A DNA stretch of 64,000 nucleotides from Eledone cirrhosa (taxonomy: Eukaryota): contig OZ024742.1 of NCBI GenBank assembly GCA_964016885.1, positions 248,372,001 through 248,436,000 of the forward strand, in the 5' to 3' direction. The notes beneath the pieces are model-generated. The model ran no database searches and was not told where the DNA came from. It saw only the letters and a list, made by a program, of their open reading frames with translations. The translations under genes and the position numbers were made by a program. This document shows, one piece after another, positions 31,775 through 45,205 of the stretch. The stretch's first letter is position 1; every line of letters begins with the position of its first letter.

Positions 31775-34600
31775 TATTATTCTTGGCTGGCGTATATACA
31801 GTAGCTAGAGAGACATGTCGAGACGGGTGAGCTTGACCAAGGCGTCAGTTCCAGCATTATGGATTTCTTCCAGGACGCCGGGAAAATGTCTGAGTGTGTA
31901 ATCCCGAACATAACCCCATATGTTTGGTCATGGTCTCCACAGTCATACACTGGGCTCTCTTTAATTCTCCATCGATGTGGATGATAGGGTGTCCTGGCCT
32001 GTGCTGTGTCGATCCGATTAAGGGACAAACATTACGTTCTGGGCAGGTCAAAACCGTCTGTTTTAGATGAGGGATCCTGGATGAGGTATTAGTTGCCAAT
32101 TTGGACACAAACCATGATCTTCGCCACTCTTCCTTCATGTCAAATCTATTGTCTGGAGGGATTTTCGTTGATTCCCAGAAAGGTGTGCGTGTTTTCAGGT
32201 GCATGTTGGGAAGCTGTTTCAGGTCTTCATGGATGGGATAGTCAGGATTAGACTTGGTAAGAAGTGTTGTTTCGAGGATCATCTCGTGATGGCGCAAGTG
32301 GGAAGGTTGTATTTGTGAAATGTTAAGCAGCCATTGAGTTGTTGCATATTTCCATGTGCCACATATTATTCTCATTGCCGAGCTGACGATAGTGACAACA
32401 TGCTGGCCAGACTGGTGAACACTACTCTGTAATTGAGTATACAAATGCTAATCACGCAGTTCGGAGTTTTTGTGTATTAGAACCCCAGCTGTTTCATGCC
32501 AACTCGCGGATGATACTAATCCTAGTCGTGAGCTTTCCAGCAACCCTTATTAGATCCTCTCGGTAGGCGAGGCCTCGATCCAATGTTTCATCAACACAAT
32601 TGGTGTGTGTTTCATTCTTGACAGATCAACCTAAGTAAGGGACCTGATGTTCCGTCCTAGCTTGTCTGTTGCTGAGATTGAGGGCTGTTACGGTGGGCTT
32701 GCTTGGGTTGTGCCGAAGGTACAGTAGGAGTAGTAGTCCTCCATCTTCTTCATGTCTTCTGTAAGTGTAGATTTGAGCTTGTCAAAGTCAGTAGATTAGG
32801 TAGCCAAGGCAAGGTCATTTTCATATAAAAATGTTCTCCAAGTTGTCCGGGGCATATCATTTACGTAGATGTTAAAGAGAATGGTGCCATGACGGAACCA
32901 TGGGGAGGGCCATCATACATGATTCTGGTTGAACGTGGTTAACTTCCTACTGACACCGTGAATCTTCCCTTATTGAGTTGGATGTTCACAGTTGCCTGGC
33001 ATTTGATGGTACGTTTGGCCTTCAGAAGGAGGCGACATTTCCATACGATATCGTACGCAGAAGAGAGGTCCACTAGAGCAGCCATTTTATTGAGACCTCA
33101 TTGGTCGCCAGCCATGATGAAAATAATGAGGCCGAGGACTTGATAAGTGTAATTCCTTAGTCGTCTGAGCCTGCTTGGTCCTTAAGCAGGGTTGGTTATT
33201 CTAAAGGGGCAGTCCTGACCAAGAGGAGCCATTAAAATAGCTTGCAGGAAGTACAGAGGAGAGAAATAGGCCGGTAGCTTGCTTGATCATCTGCAGGTTT
33301 CCCGTGTTTCAGTTTGGCGATGACCTTCCCTTTTCTCCAGATTTTTGGGATAATTGCAGTTGCGTGGATGACTGTGAAGAGAGAAACAAGTCAGTCTCGG
33401 CAACTGGACCGAGGTTCTTAATGAATTCAGGATAGATGTCGTTGATTCCTGCTCCCTTGCCAGCTTTGGTTGATGAAAACCCAGTATTTATCTTACTTAT
33501 GGTGTAATGTTTAGCAAGTGAGGAACTCTTTTCTGAGGATGACTAAGCTCCTGAGAGATTCTCTCAGACTTCTTGGCGTGCCTCTTTGTTTGAAGGTACT
33601 TTGGAGTTGAGAAGTAGATGTGATGCAACTGCATTTTCAGTTACGTTTTCTGGCTGGTGCTGAACGGGAGATGCTTCACTAAGCCGTCTAAGGCTATGCT
33701 CTCTTTCTAGAGGGAGTGGAATCCAACTCTTCCACCATTTCCTGCTAGCGAGTCCTTTTAGCTGAGTCAAGGAAGTCTAAGAGTTCCGTAGTTAGGTACG
33801 GTTCACCTGAGGCATCACAGTTCTTGAGAAGCTTTTCAGACTCTGGGATCAAGAAAAGGGTGTAAGATTGACGGAAACCTCGGTGGATGTGGTTCTTGGC
33901 AGCATTCTTCATAATTTTAGAAAAAGCAGTATAATTCTTGCGAACAGTTTCCAAGTTGATGATTTGTTCATCTATCTCTGAGCTGAAAGATTCCCAATCA
34001 GCCTTTCTGAAGTACAAGCGTAGTAGTATCTTGGATTGTGTAACAGGAATCTCTATACGGATGTGTATCGCATCTGATCTCTGTTGGGTCTGGGGGAAGT
34101 GGGGTAATATATTGCGAGAAGCCTGAACAGGACGTCCATTGATTGATTTGGAGAGGTGGAAGAGGTCTAGGTTATAACCCGTCTTCCAGTGACTAGAATG
34201 GAATGTGCCAGGTTGTTTGGAATAATTGAGAATATAGCGGCCACTAACTGAAGCCCACGTCTCCAACTGTTCCCCAGACTCTTTGTTTCTCGCATAGACC
34301 CATTAGGAGTGATGGCTGTTGAAGTCACCAGCTTGCAGGCCCGGGTGGAATTGGACTTTCACAGCAGGAGAGGGTCAAGTACATCTCCGAGGTCTGTAAA
34401 GTTAGTGATCATAAATATGTCATCCCTGCAGGATTCCTCAAGGGCAGAGGATTCTATAATTGCATATCTGATTTATGTGGCAACGCAGTATTTTGAGTGG
34501 GTAATGAAGACATGTGCTTGTACCCATAGACACTTGACATAGCGTAGAGTTTTCCCAATGTGTCAGTAAGGCTGCTCCTTAAAAGGGTCCTTATGGTAAT
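31775..34600 (-). mobile_element. Decayed Vingi/Ingi-type LINE (single EN-RT ORF, many stops and frameshifts)
   Basis: ORF fragments KQPGTFHSSHWKTGYNLDL, FRKADWESF, AAKNHIHRGFRQSY, SWGSNTQKLRT, MRIICGT..TQWL..PSHLR match this group's typical motifs. Confidence 0.75.
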
Positions 34601-34629
34601 GACACATAGTGATTTATATTAAAAAAAGT

Positions 34630-35268
34630 TAATTGTACAAGGTGTGTACATGAAGAGCATATATTGAGGAATGGGTGAACCACGTGAATTTTGCCACGAA
34701 GACAGGTATATAATTATAGGCATGATATAATAGGAAAGGTGATTCACTGGCGTTTATGCAAACTAAATAATTTACCTTAATCTGAGAAGTGGTTTGAGCA
34801 TAAGCCAGAATCGGTGATAGAAAACAATCAAATGAAGGTGCTATGGGATTTCAGGATACAGACACACAAGAAATTAGAACTCAATAGGCCCGACCTGGTG
34901 GTTTTCGAAAAGGAAAAAAGGTTGTGCCTGATTGTATATGTAGCCTGTCTCTTTGACACAAGAGTACAAGAAAATGATAAGGAGTAAATTAACCAATACC
35001 ATGATGCAAAGTGGGAGTCAAAAAAGGATTTGGGACTGTCATGAGATCAAGGTCGTCAGATTGTCATAGGAGCACTCGGTACTATCGCAAAGAGTTTTCA
35101 AGGATGGTTAAAGAACATTAGACAACCTTTTTGGAACGCTTCAAAAGGCATGCTTGCTGGGAACAGCAAGAATCCTCCGATACATCCTGAATATCTGAGG
35201 CTGCAGGTAGCGGCATGATGCTCATTTGAACAAACTTTCCAGTTGAATAACATCCGTGACTGAGACTC

Positions 35269-35270
<2 letters not shown>
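34630..35270 (+). mobile_element. 3' fragment of an R4/Dong-type element (restriction-like endonuclease domain), decayed
   Basis: Translates as RHDIIGKVIHWRLCK..KWFEHKPESVIENNQMKVLWDFRIQTHKKLELNRPDLVV..IGALGTI, then ends in (TAA)n. Confidence 0.85.
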
Positions 35271-35310
<40 letters not shown>

Positions 35311-35564
35311 TAATAATAATGTTTTCTTTATTAACCACAAGGGTTTACATAAAGTAGACATTAAGGACAGTACAGGACAATACAGGATGGTACAAATGGG
35401 CATTTCTGCGTGTAAAAAAAACAGAGAATGAAATAAAATAACAAAGAAAAATTCCCCAATAGGGGGGAGACTTCCGAGGGACATTTGTGGAGAAAGCCCA
35501 TTAAAAGACCACAGTGGCCCTGGCCACCAGGGCAAGTGCCCTCTCCCAGTTTTCCACCTTTAAT

Positions 35565-38500
35565 TTACAGACACATACTCAGAGAAGGCCCATTCATTCG
35601 GGCCATACTTCCTTCTCTCACCCATCTTTCAACAAAATGCTGGGAAGAGAGCACTTCCCTCTCTACCCTGATTTTCCTTTTCAGATGAAATTTGAAAAAG
35701 TTAATCAGGGCATCACCGAAGAGGTAAGTGCTCGTCTTCAGCCCTTTCAAACGTGTCCACCATACTATCTCTTTCGCCATGGCCACCAGACAGATAAAAA
35801 CTGCCTGCCCTTCCCGGCTAAAGGAAGGGGGCGGGGCAATCCTCACGATGGACTCAGCTGATAGCTGGATCCGTCCTACACGTGACAGCAGGTGTTCAAC
35901 ATAAACCCACAAGTCAGCAATGCTCGGACACTGGACGAGTGCGTGCAGGACGGTTTCGTCGACCTGCGCGCATCTCGGACATGCCCGGTTGACGGCACCT
36001 CCATGCCTGTAGAGTTTATCCCGAACTGGCAAAGCTCCTCGGTAGCACTGCCAGGCCAGGGATTTCTGGAAATTGTCCATAGGCCCCGGCCCGAAAGTCC
36101 TTCCGAAGAGATTGGCTAGTTGATTTTCGTCGACGCCTAGAGTTTCTCCAAGTACGTCGTCGCTCTTCCCCTCCACTAATCCCCTATAGAACGCCAAGGA
36201 GGAGTTTCCACCGATCACATTGCCCGATTGGTCGAGGGCTGTGAGCGCCTGAAGACATTCCAGTCTCCAAGCGCTCCCTCTCGGTCTTCGCTTGACCCAG
36301 GACTGCAGCTCCGTCAAGGAGACGAGCTGGGGAAAAACGCGTCAAGCAAACGGCGACCACACCTGATCACCGTCGAGGAAGAGGTGGAGATGTCGTAGCC
36401 TGAGCGCGTGTCTGCGCATCATCAGCTACGGCATGCCCAGCCCTCCACGTAGCGGGTGTTGACAGCAGATGGACCGCCTGACCATCGGAGCGCGTCCTTT
36501 CCACAAGAAGCGAAACAGCAAACGCTCCAGCGCAGTCAGGCGGGGCTTAGGACAAGGTACGACGGTCAGGCGATAGTAGATGACGGATGCGATGTACGCA
36601 TTCGCCACCTCCGCTCGACCTTTCAGGGATAGCTTCCTCTCGGCCCATTTCTGGGTGAGAGAAGCCACCCTGCTCGTCACCTCGTCCAAGTTTTTGTCCG
36701 TCTGGAGGTCTGGACCGAATCAGACCCCTAGTAATTTAACCGGTCCGTCCGTCCAGCGCCCGACGACGCTGTTGGACGGCATGGACCTGCCTCTCCAGGT
36801 GCCGAGCTGCAGGCCCACTGACTTTTCCTGGTTGATCATTGCTCCTGTCACCGCTTCGTATTCTCTTAGTGTAGTGCCGATCGCCTCGATGTGTTTGGCG
36901 TTCGACACCACTACGGTGACATCGTCGGCATATGCTGACACGGATCTTCCGCATCCTAGTTCGCGCGGGACCCCCCTCAACGTCTCCAGTTTGTGCAGTA
37001 ATGGCTCGAGAGTCAATACGTACAATAGGGACGAGAGGGGACATCCTTGGCGGACCGAGCGCAAGATGTTGAACGGTTCCGAAAGGTGACCGTTCACTCT
37101 CACTACAGAGCAGATGTCGCTGTGCATGGCAGCGATCCAGCCTCTGAAGACGGGCCCAAAGCCAGCCGCCCTCAGGACTGCCGCTAGGTAACGATGGTCG
37201 ACCCTATCGAAGGCTTTCGATTGATCTAAATTGATCAAAGACCCACCCTTGCCAGGTTCCCTAGCTACCCTCTCTACGATGTATCGCATGAGGTGGAGGT
37301 TGTCGTGGATGGATCTGTCGGGAATGGCGCATGTCTGTGCCTCTCCCACCAGACCACCAACGACAAGCGCCAACCTCTTTGCTAGCACCTTGGCCAAAAT
37401 CTTGAACTCTGTGTTTAGCAGAGTTATGGGCCTAAAATTATCTATGTTATCCCCCTTGTTCGGATCCTTTCTCAGCAGCGCCACCGCTCCTCGGCTCACA
37501 GAGCTGGGAATTCTCCCGTTCTGTTGCCAGTTGCAGTAGACGTCCGCCAAGAGGCCTCCGAACAAGTTTGGCATTTGTACGTAAAGTTCATAGGGCAGAC
37601 CATCCAAACCAGGCGATTTACCCCTTGTGCAACTAGTCATTGCATCCCGTACTTCAGCGGTTGTTATCGGCTTTTCGCAACACTCCGCCTCAGTGGCCGA
37701 AAGCCGCGGCAGTCCGTCGAGGTAGACACTAAAGTCCATCCCTCGATCCGTCCCGCCACTGCCCCCGAACAGTTGAGCGAAGTGTCGCTGAAAAGCTTCA
37801 CACACTTGCCCGGGATCGAATAGCATGCGCCCGTCGTGGTCCACCAAAGACCGGATCGTGGCTTTGTTGCCATGACGCGCCTCCGCCACTCGGGCCCATT
37901 GAACGGCTTTCGTCCCCTCGTGTTTGAGTGCACGCACCCTAGCTCTGACAACGCAGCCTTCGTACTTTGCATTGAAGAATTGGTCAAGGGCCAATTTCGC
38001 CGCAAGTACGTCGGTAGCGATGCCTTTGCTAAGCGCCTCATCTAATTTTCTAACTAGTTCTCCCTCTGCTCCATTTTTCTCTATTGCTAAAGTCTTACTA
38101 AACCTAATGGACTCTATTCTAATTGCTCTTTTCAGAGCAAACCACCACTTGTTGTTGACGATGGCCCCCGTCAACGCCCGCTTAACTAGTTCGCTAATCC
38201 GGTCTCTGTAGGCCTTGCGCGCTGGTAAGGACGCGTTTAGCTTCCAGTAGCCGGGTCCTCGCCTATGAAGCCTATCTAAGTCAAGCACACAGATCACGAA
38301 TTTGTGGTCCGTGTAGCTGACTATCTTGAATTGTGGACAGCCTATGCTAGACCTATCTATTTCCCTACAAAATACTCTATCTAGATATGATCTGGATGAC
38401 CCTATGCGATTTGTCCAAGTCCACATTGGTACATTCGGGAAATCCATTCGGTACCTGTCAGACAGTTCAAAACGTCTGAGCAGGTTGGTGAGGGTCTTGC

Positions 38501-38984
38501 ACCCTCCTTCCCTATCCACTAATCCCACACAATCCCAGCGTGCATCTAAGATCCCGTTCCAGTCGCCCACTAACACTAAAGAGCGGGACGTTCCAAGAAA
38601 GGTCTCCAGACGCCGGAAGAAATCAGGCCGCCCTGCTCCTGTCGGGGTATAGACGGCCACTAACCTGAAAGCTTGCCCGTCTCCGCTGGTCACGTCCAGC
38701 ACCACCACCTTACCTTCTGGGTCCAGGAAGATGGCCCGTATGGTAAGATCCAAACCTCTCCGAAAAAGCACAGCAACTCCACCCCCCGATCCCGGACGGC
38801 TGGGAGATGCGTACACATCGTAGCGGCCGAAGATCGGTGCGAAAGCCTGTGCTTCGGAGATTCTGGTCTCGCTGATGGCCACTACATCTATGTTTAGTGA
38901 CCTGAGGTCGTTGAGCAGGTGGCCCTGCTTCCATGATGACTCCAAGCCACGCGCATTTATGCTGCCTATTCTGAGTGAGGTCAT
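35565..38984 (-). pseudogene. LINE ORF2: APE endonuclease, reverse transcriptase, C-terminal zinc finger; three in-frame stops
   Basis: EN motifs SINARGL, ISET, GDWN, YLDRVF, TDHK. RT motifs KSPGLDG, FRPITLLN, LDQSKAFDRVDH, VRQGCPLS, YADD. C-terminal CPRC..ETVLHALVQC. The three ORF pieces share one frame, with stops near 36720, 36426 and 36343. Confidence 0.92.
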
Positions 38985-39018
38985 GTTGAAAAGGAGTGGA
39001 AAAGATGGGAAAGACCAC

Positions 39019-40724
39019 TTACCTTACTTCTCGTAGGGGAAGGACGGTTTTTCCATCCTTTTCACTGCTTGTGGCCTCCTCAGGAAGGATGTCCTTATAA
39101 ATCCTCCTGGAGAGTGCTTGTCGGAAGTCTCCGATGTCTTTGGGGAATTTTTGTTTTAGTGTCATGTACGTTTTCTGTGTGATGCGAGTGATTTGTATGT
39201 GTGGAGGTGGTGTGAATTTTGGGGTTGTTGTGTAGTCTTTTTCTGTGATGCTGGTGTTGTGTTGGATGTAGTGTAATAATTGCTTGTTGTTCAAATTTAA
39301 TGCTGTGTAGTGTGTATCGTTTTGGTTGTTTTGTTTTGTTTGCGTTTGTTGTGGGTTTGTTTCTGTTTCGCATTTTGGTGACTTTTGTGGTGTAGGTGAT
39401 GGTGGTGCTGGGGTTAATGATGGTGAGGGTGTTGGTGTTTGGGTTGATGGGGTTGGTGATGCTGGTGTGGATGGTGGCATATATGTCCTAACTTTTTTGT
39501 TTTTTAATTTATTTGTTTCCCTCTGTATTTGGTTTTTGGAGGGGGAAGGAAGAGAATTATTTCTTTTTTGGTTTCTTTTTTTTTTTCCGGATATCGTTTC
39601 CCACTCCTCGTCGTCACAATCTGTCTCCAGTTGTGATAGGCCGGGGAGTGGAAAATCCTCCACAGCCGTTAGTTTTGGTTGTGGTGTGGTGGATGGTGTA
39701 GGCGCTGGTGCTAGTTCTGAAGCGTTGGGTGGTGGTGGTGTCGGTTTTGCTGGTGGTGGTAGTGGTGTTGGTTTTGCTACTTTTGCTGGGGTTGTTGCTG
39801 TTATAGTTGCTTCTGTTGTTGCTACTACAGTTGTTGCTGCCATCTCTGCTACTGGTGGTGTTGATGGTTGTGTCACTGGGGTGGGTAGGAGAGGTGGCCT
39901 CAACCTTTTAGCCTGAGGGCAGAAAGCCCTTAGGTGGGTTCCTTCACCACAAACGACACACCTAGGTCTTCTGCCCTCGACAATTACCGTGAGGTGGCTG
40001 CCGTCAGTGAGGTCTATTACCTCTGGGATCTCCTCAATGCTTTTTTGGTCCGCTTGGATCAGGAGCTCCATCCCAGATCCGGACCAGTTTTCCTGCTTTT
40101 CTTTTGCTATTGTTATTATTTTCGTGTTGGCCTCGATGCCGGCGAGGACAGCCGCTATTAGCCAGGGAATTTCGATGGCCGGTGGAACGTGGGTCACCCT
40201 GATCTTTACGAGTCTCTGGCCACAATAGCTTGGGACGAGTGTGAAATCGTCACTTTTTAATGGGGCCATGGAGTGTTCTCTAGCCTCCTCTGGTGTTTCA
40301 AAGAACACATCCACGGTTCCATACTTTTGCCCACGTCTGATGTGGGTTTTTCTTGCCCACACATGTCCCAAAGCTTTTTGGATTTTGGACTCGGATGCCC
40401 GTTCCACTCGGCGCGATTTTACATTTATTGTTCTATACGACACGGTGCATAGGCGCCGATGCTCCATTTTATTAGGTTGGGGGGGGGGGGGGTGAGGCTG
40501 ATCCTGTACCCATCTTTCTTTACCATTTGTTTGGCATTTTCTAAATCCTCCTGAGTTACCGTACAAGCTTCGAATTGTTTTGCTACTCTGGCGAAACTGA
40601 GGGTCGGTTTTATAATGTCATTGTTGTTGTTGTTGCTATCGTTAATATTAATTTTAGTTCCAGTTGTGGCGGTGGTGACGTCAGTCGTCTTTGGTGGGGA
40701 AGAGTCCATTTTGCTTGATTTCAT
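39019..40724 (-). pseudogene. LINE ORF1 (gag-like, CCHC knuckle), apparently frameshifted
   Basis: CVVCGEGTHLRAFC knuckle followed by a Pro/Thr-rich region. ORFs 40425..40724 and 39019..40566 overlap in different frames across a G homopolymer near 40480-40492. Confidence 0.8.
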
Positions 40725-41887
40725 TTCGACATCACGAGTTAATTTATTTTTTTATTCTTTTGTTTCTGTTGTCGCGGTGGTGGTGGTGGTGGTGGTGGTT
40801 GTCGCGGTGGTGGTGGTGGTGGAGGCTTTAACACCTGCAGTCATTGGTAATGGCGGGAAATGAATGTCTGCCTGAGACAAATTTAAAATATTGCTACTGC
40901 TTATATTTTTTTTTGTGTTGGCAAACGTAGTAACATTTACAATGGTGGTGTCGGTGTGAGGTGTTATTTTGTGAGGAAGGCTTTCAGCTGAATTTTGGGC
41001 ACAAGGCCCTAATCTTTTTGGGTGTCCTTTTCGGAAAACAATGTATGTGTGCTTATAAACAGTTAACAATAAAATTTTCCATAAATGACAATTTTTAACA
41101 AACGGAAATAACAAACCTTTGCGGAGCTCACGATGATACGATTTACTACGTAGGTCGCCAATAATAATAATAATAATGATAATAATATCGTCGTTGTCAT
41201 TATACACATTGCTATAATTTACATCAACCTCATCAATGTCCTCAATATCATCAGGATCGTCATCACTTCTCATTGCCATCATCAACAATAACACAATCAA
41301 TTTAATCAGGATCATCATCATAATTATCAAACACATGAAACATATATTACCACCACGATCGCTGTCTTAAGCATCTCCACTGTCCACTACACAACACCAC
41401 GGCGTAACCACCACCTTCACAACCCCAAACACGGACAATGGAAAAAAACCACCGGCACCACCGCCAGCACATCCTTATAAACAGAACACAAACACCACCA
41501 ACAGCACCACCACTCAACCCAGTGTAGTTATCCACAGTCTATTCCTCATACCCATTTCTCCTCAATACAACTTGCCCGTTCCCTCCACCAGAGCATACAA
41601 TGCACTAATTATATATCTATGTGACATTGTAAAAGTCGTTTGCTAATTTTAGCTGAGCGTGGTACGAAGAATGAAGAATGTTGCTATATTTGATAATAAA
41701 TTGATTAATATTATTACTAGTCAATGCTTAGATTCCTTATTCCATCAATTGTTGGTGTTAACCAAAGAATGGACTTATCTACAATTGTTTCCACCCTAAT
41801 AACTACTGTGTGTAGATATCATAGCTGATTGAATTATGTGCTATTAATGAAGAGGGCTTTGTTAGAAGTGCATAGACATAAATCTGG

Positions 41888-41944
<57 letters not shown>

Positions 41945-42004
41945 GTCTGTCTGCTTTTCTTTCTGTCTATGTATCTCTCTCTCACATACGCTCTTTCTCT
42001 CTCT

Positions 42005-42062
<58 letters not shown>

Positions 42063-42285
42063 TCTTATATAATGACTTGATTATGTATCAATCTGAATCT
42101 ATTATCATTCGTGTAATTTGATACATATATACGCATATATGCCTTTGGTATTTATATATTCATATTTGAATATATGTATATAGGTATTATCTACCACTCA
42201 GTCAATCTTTCTCTCGATAGACATAATTATCTGCACATGTATACATTCATACATACGTGCATCAAACACATATAGATGAAAAAAG

Positions 42286-42339
<54 letters not shown>

Positions 42340-42497
42340 GAGTAAGTAGCAGCTGCGATTAACATTTTTTAAATCAATCTTCAGAGGCTGACACGAAGCA
42401 CTCAATGAGATGGAATCGATAAATTCAGAGATTGTAACTCAGAGTAATAATAATACGTTAGGGGTGTGACAGTGAAAATTGCGCGGCCGGAGATATG

Positions 42498-42585
<88 letters not shown>

Positions 42586-42799
42586 CAATGGAGAGTGGAG
42601 GAGTAGGGGGAAGGAGAAAGAATTGGATAGGTGTTAATATGAATGTATATCCTATGGATATTTTCCGTGTTGTACCTGGTTATATAGGTATAAATATTAT
42701 GAATTACAGAATGATTATCATTGGCCATTTATACAGCCTGTCCCCATCATATATTTATTCTTCACTACATAAAAAAAAACCTTTAACGGTCCTAATATC

Positions 42800-43365
42800 A
42801 CCATAAAACCCAAATTCTTACGAAAGGTGCAGAAAATTAACAATAAGCCTATCATGGCTAAGGAGATCAATATTTCAACGAACACTACTGGAGAATGTTT
42901 AATATTACCTTGATACCTGTCATATGTAATTCGGGGAGGCAAGTTTATGTCTGCAAAAAGAAAGATATTCACCAGTTAGGTGCAAAGCACTTGTTTAATG
43001 AGTTGAAACATAAAGATGATAGAAATTTCGATCAAAGCCAATATGTCAACCAACGGAATGACATGTTATGCAGAGTCACTAAAGACATTTAAACGTTGAT
43101 ACCCATAATGTTTATGGCAACTGTGAAGGTTATGGGTTGCATGAGCAATACTGGAGATGCCATGCCTCATCACTGCAGAATATAAGAAGGGGTTGGAGAG
43201 TGTTGTGCGGCCTTGGATAGAAAGTGTGAGCAAAGGAAACCGCACACCTACCAACATAATTCTGCATCGTCTCATAAGGTCTCATAAGTATCATCCATGA
43301 ATAAAATAGTTACATTCCTCCGATCATGTCACCCCAAATATATGGGATCTAAGCCCTCCAGTCAT
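42800..43365 (+). pseudogene. Decayed Tc1/mariner transposase (DD37D/maT-like)
   Basis: Across frames: SYVIRGGKFMSAK, AKHLFNELKH, DDRNFDQSQYVNQRND, ATVKVMGCMSNTGDAMP, LESVVRPWIESV, YQHNSASSHK, DHVTPNIW. No TIRs identified. Confidence 0.7.
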
Positions 43366-44303
43366 GAGTATAAAATTTAAATTATAATAATTGATCAATA
43401 AATTGATTAATTATTATGTTTTATATTACAACTTTCTATGCTATATTTCGTACAGATGCTCAGTATTTTCCCATCTGTGTTCATTTATAACCCGATTAAT
43501 AGGTTCCTCTACCTATCTAGCGTACATGATATGAATAGCATACTACATATACTATAAAACATTCAATTGATAATCACTACCTCTCAACATTTAATGTTCA
43601 ATGTTGAACTCTATTTTCTAATTTCTAACATTAATTTATACATCTTCCCATTTATTTTTAATTATGTTTAAATGGTGATTCTGTAGTTTTATATTTTTTA
43701 TTTTTTTAGTTTTTAATATGGAATTCAAATTTCTAGAGCCTAGCATTAAGTTATCTATCCCCATTGCGGTCAACAGTCAACACATTATCTCATCATAAAG
43801 AAATGGTAGTAGCCGTGGTGATGCATGCAATCCACCACAGGATACTGATTTATTGTTGCTGGTGTCTGCTGGACGCTGGTGTAGCAGTAAACTAAAACAT
43901 TCAGGCTGAATTGAAATCTGTGGTCCTGGCATGTCACTTGCTGTGACGAAGGAGGTTTAGTATATGAGATAGGCTTGTCTATGCTGGTATAGAATTGGGT
44001 GGAAGTCAGATGGGCTGCCAGTCCTCCACTACTACGCCTGCGCAAAAACTGTAGAGAGGAACTAAAGTTCACAAGGGAGCGGACATTGGTTATGAAAACA
44101 TCATTTTTTGTCCGCTCCCTTAACTTTAGTTTGGATTGCTGCGAAAACTTAACCTTATTATATAATGATACTGTCTGATAAGATCGCATGACCGGTTACC
44201 TGACGGAACAATCAGGTAGCCACGATCATCATTGAACTATATATCACAGTTTTATTAATAAAGGTCTCATTAAGATCTACACCGAACATCGCATCTTCCT
44301 TAT

Positions 44304-44358
<55 letters not shown>

Positions 44359-44460
44359 CCTTATGTATATGTATGCATTAGTGTATGTGTATGCATGTTT
44401 GTGAAAGTGTGTGCATGTATATATTCAAGAAGGATTTGTCGCATGAAACCACATACATGT

Positions 44461-44626
<166 letters not shown>

Positions 44627-44627
44627 G

Positions 44628-44683
<56 letters not shown>

Positions 44684-44919
44684 AAGAATCAAAGAACTGT
44701 TCAAAACATTATTGTGCTTACAGCTGTTTCCTCCAAACCGAGGTTTGGATGCTTCGGAGCAATTTATTAATGCATGGACAGTTATATGACCTCCTCTTCA
44801 TTTTGAATATGTTTGAATATGTTATATGACCTCCTCTTCTGTTTGAATATGTTTGAATATGTATCGGTATGCCTCTCGGCTGAAGAGGAGGTCATATAAC
44901 TGTCCATGCATTAATAAAT

Positions 44920-44966
44920 TGCTCCGAAGAATCCAAACCTCGGTTTGGAGGAAACAGCTGTAAGCA
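44920..44966 (+). ncRNA. Hammerhead variant with CCGAAGA core; inverted copy at 44715-44761
   Basis: TGCT-CCGAAGA-a tccaaacc tc ggtttgga g-GAAA-cagctg-TA^-AGCA. Confidence 0.72.
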
Positions 44967-45167
44967 CAATAATGTTTTGAACAGTTCTTTGATTCTTATA
45001 TTTCATATAACTGCTCTGTAAATCATCTGATGTTTTTACATTGAGCTACTTAACTTACTGGTAATAAGGTAGTAATGCATTACTGCCTACCACTATTTAG
45101 GGTGTGTGTAAAATACTTATAACTGCATAAGATTTTGTATTTACATAACCATAAATGGTATAACTAA

Positions 45168-45205
<38 letters not shown>

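Larger units (their letters stand above)
35321..41160 (-). mobile_element. Near full-length Tx1/L1-clade non-LTR retrotransposon within an (AAT)n microsatellite
   Basis: About 440-bp 5' UTR, ORF1 with zinc knuckle, ORF2 EN-RT-zf, and a 3' UTR ending AATAAAGAAAAC. (AAT)n runs lie directly on both sides (35271-35320 and 41160-41186). Confidence 0.9.

Noticed and set aside
39326-39916. 196-aa Gly/Val-rich plus-strand ORF and other antisense ORFs within the LINE
   Set aside because: Antisense shadows of ORF1/ORF2.
43785-44189. 134-aa ORF with VFITNVRSLVN and RRSSGGLA, reminiscent of a LINE endonuclease start
   Set aside because: Only two weak motifs and no downstream catalytic motifs recognised.
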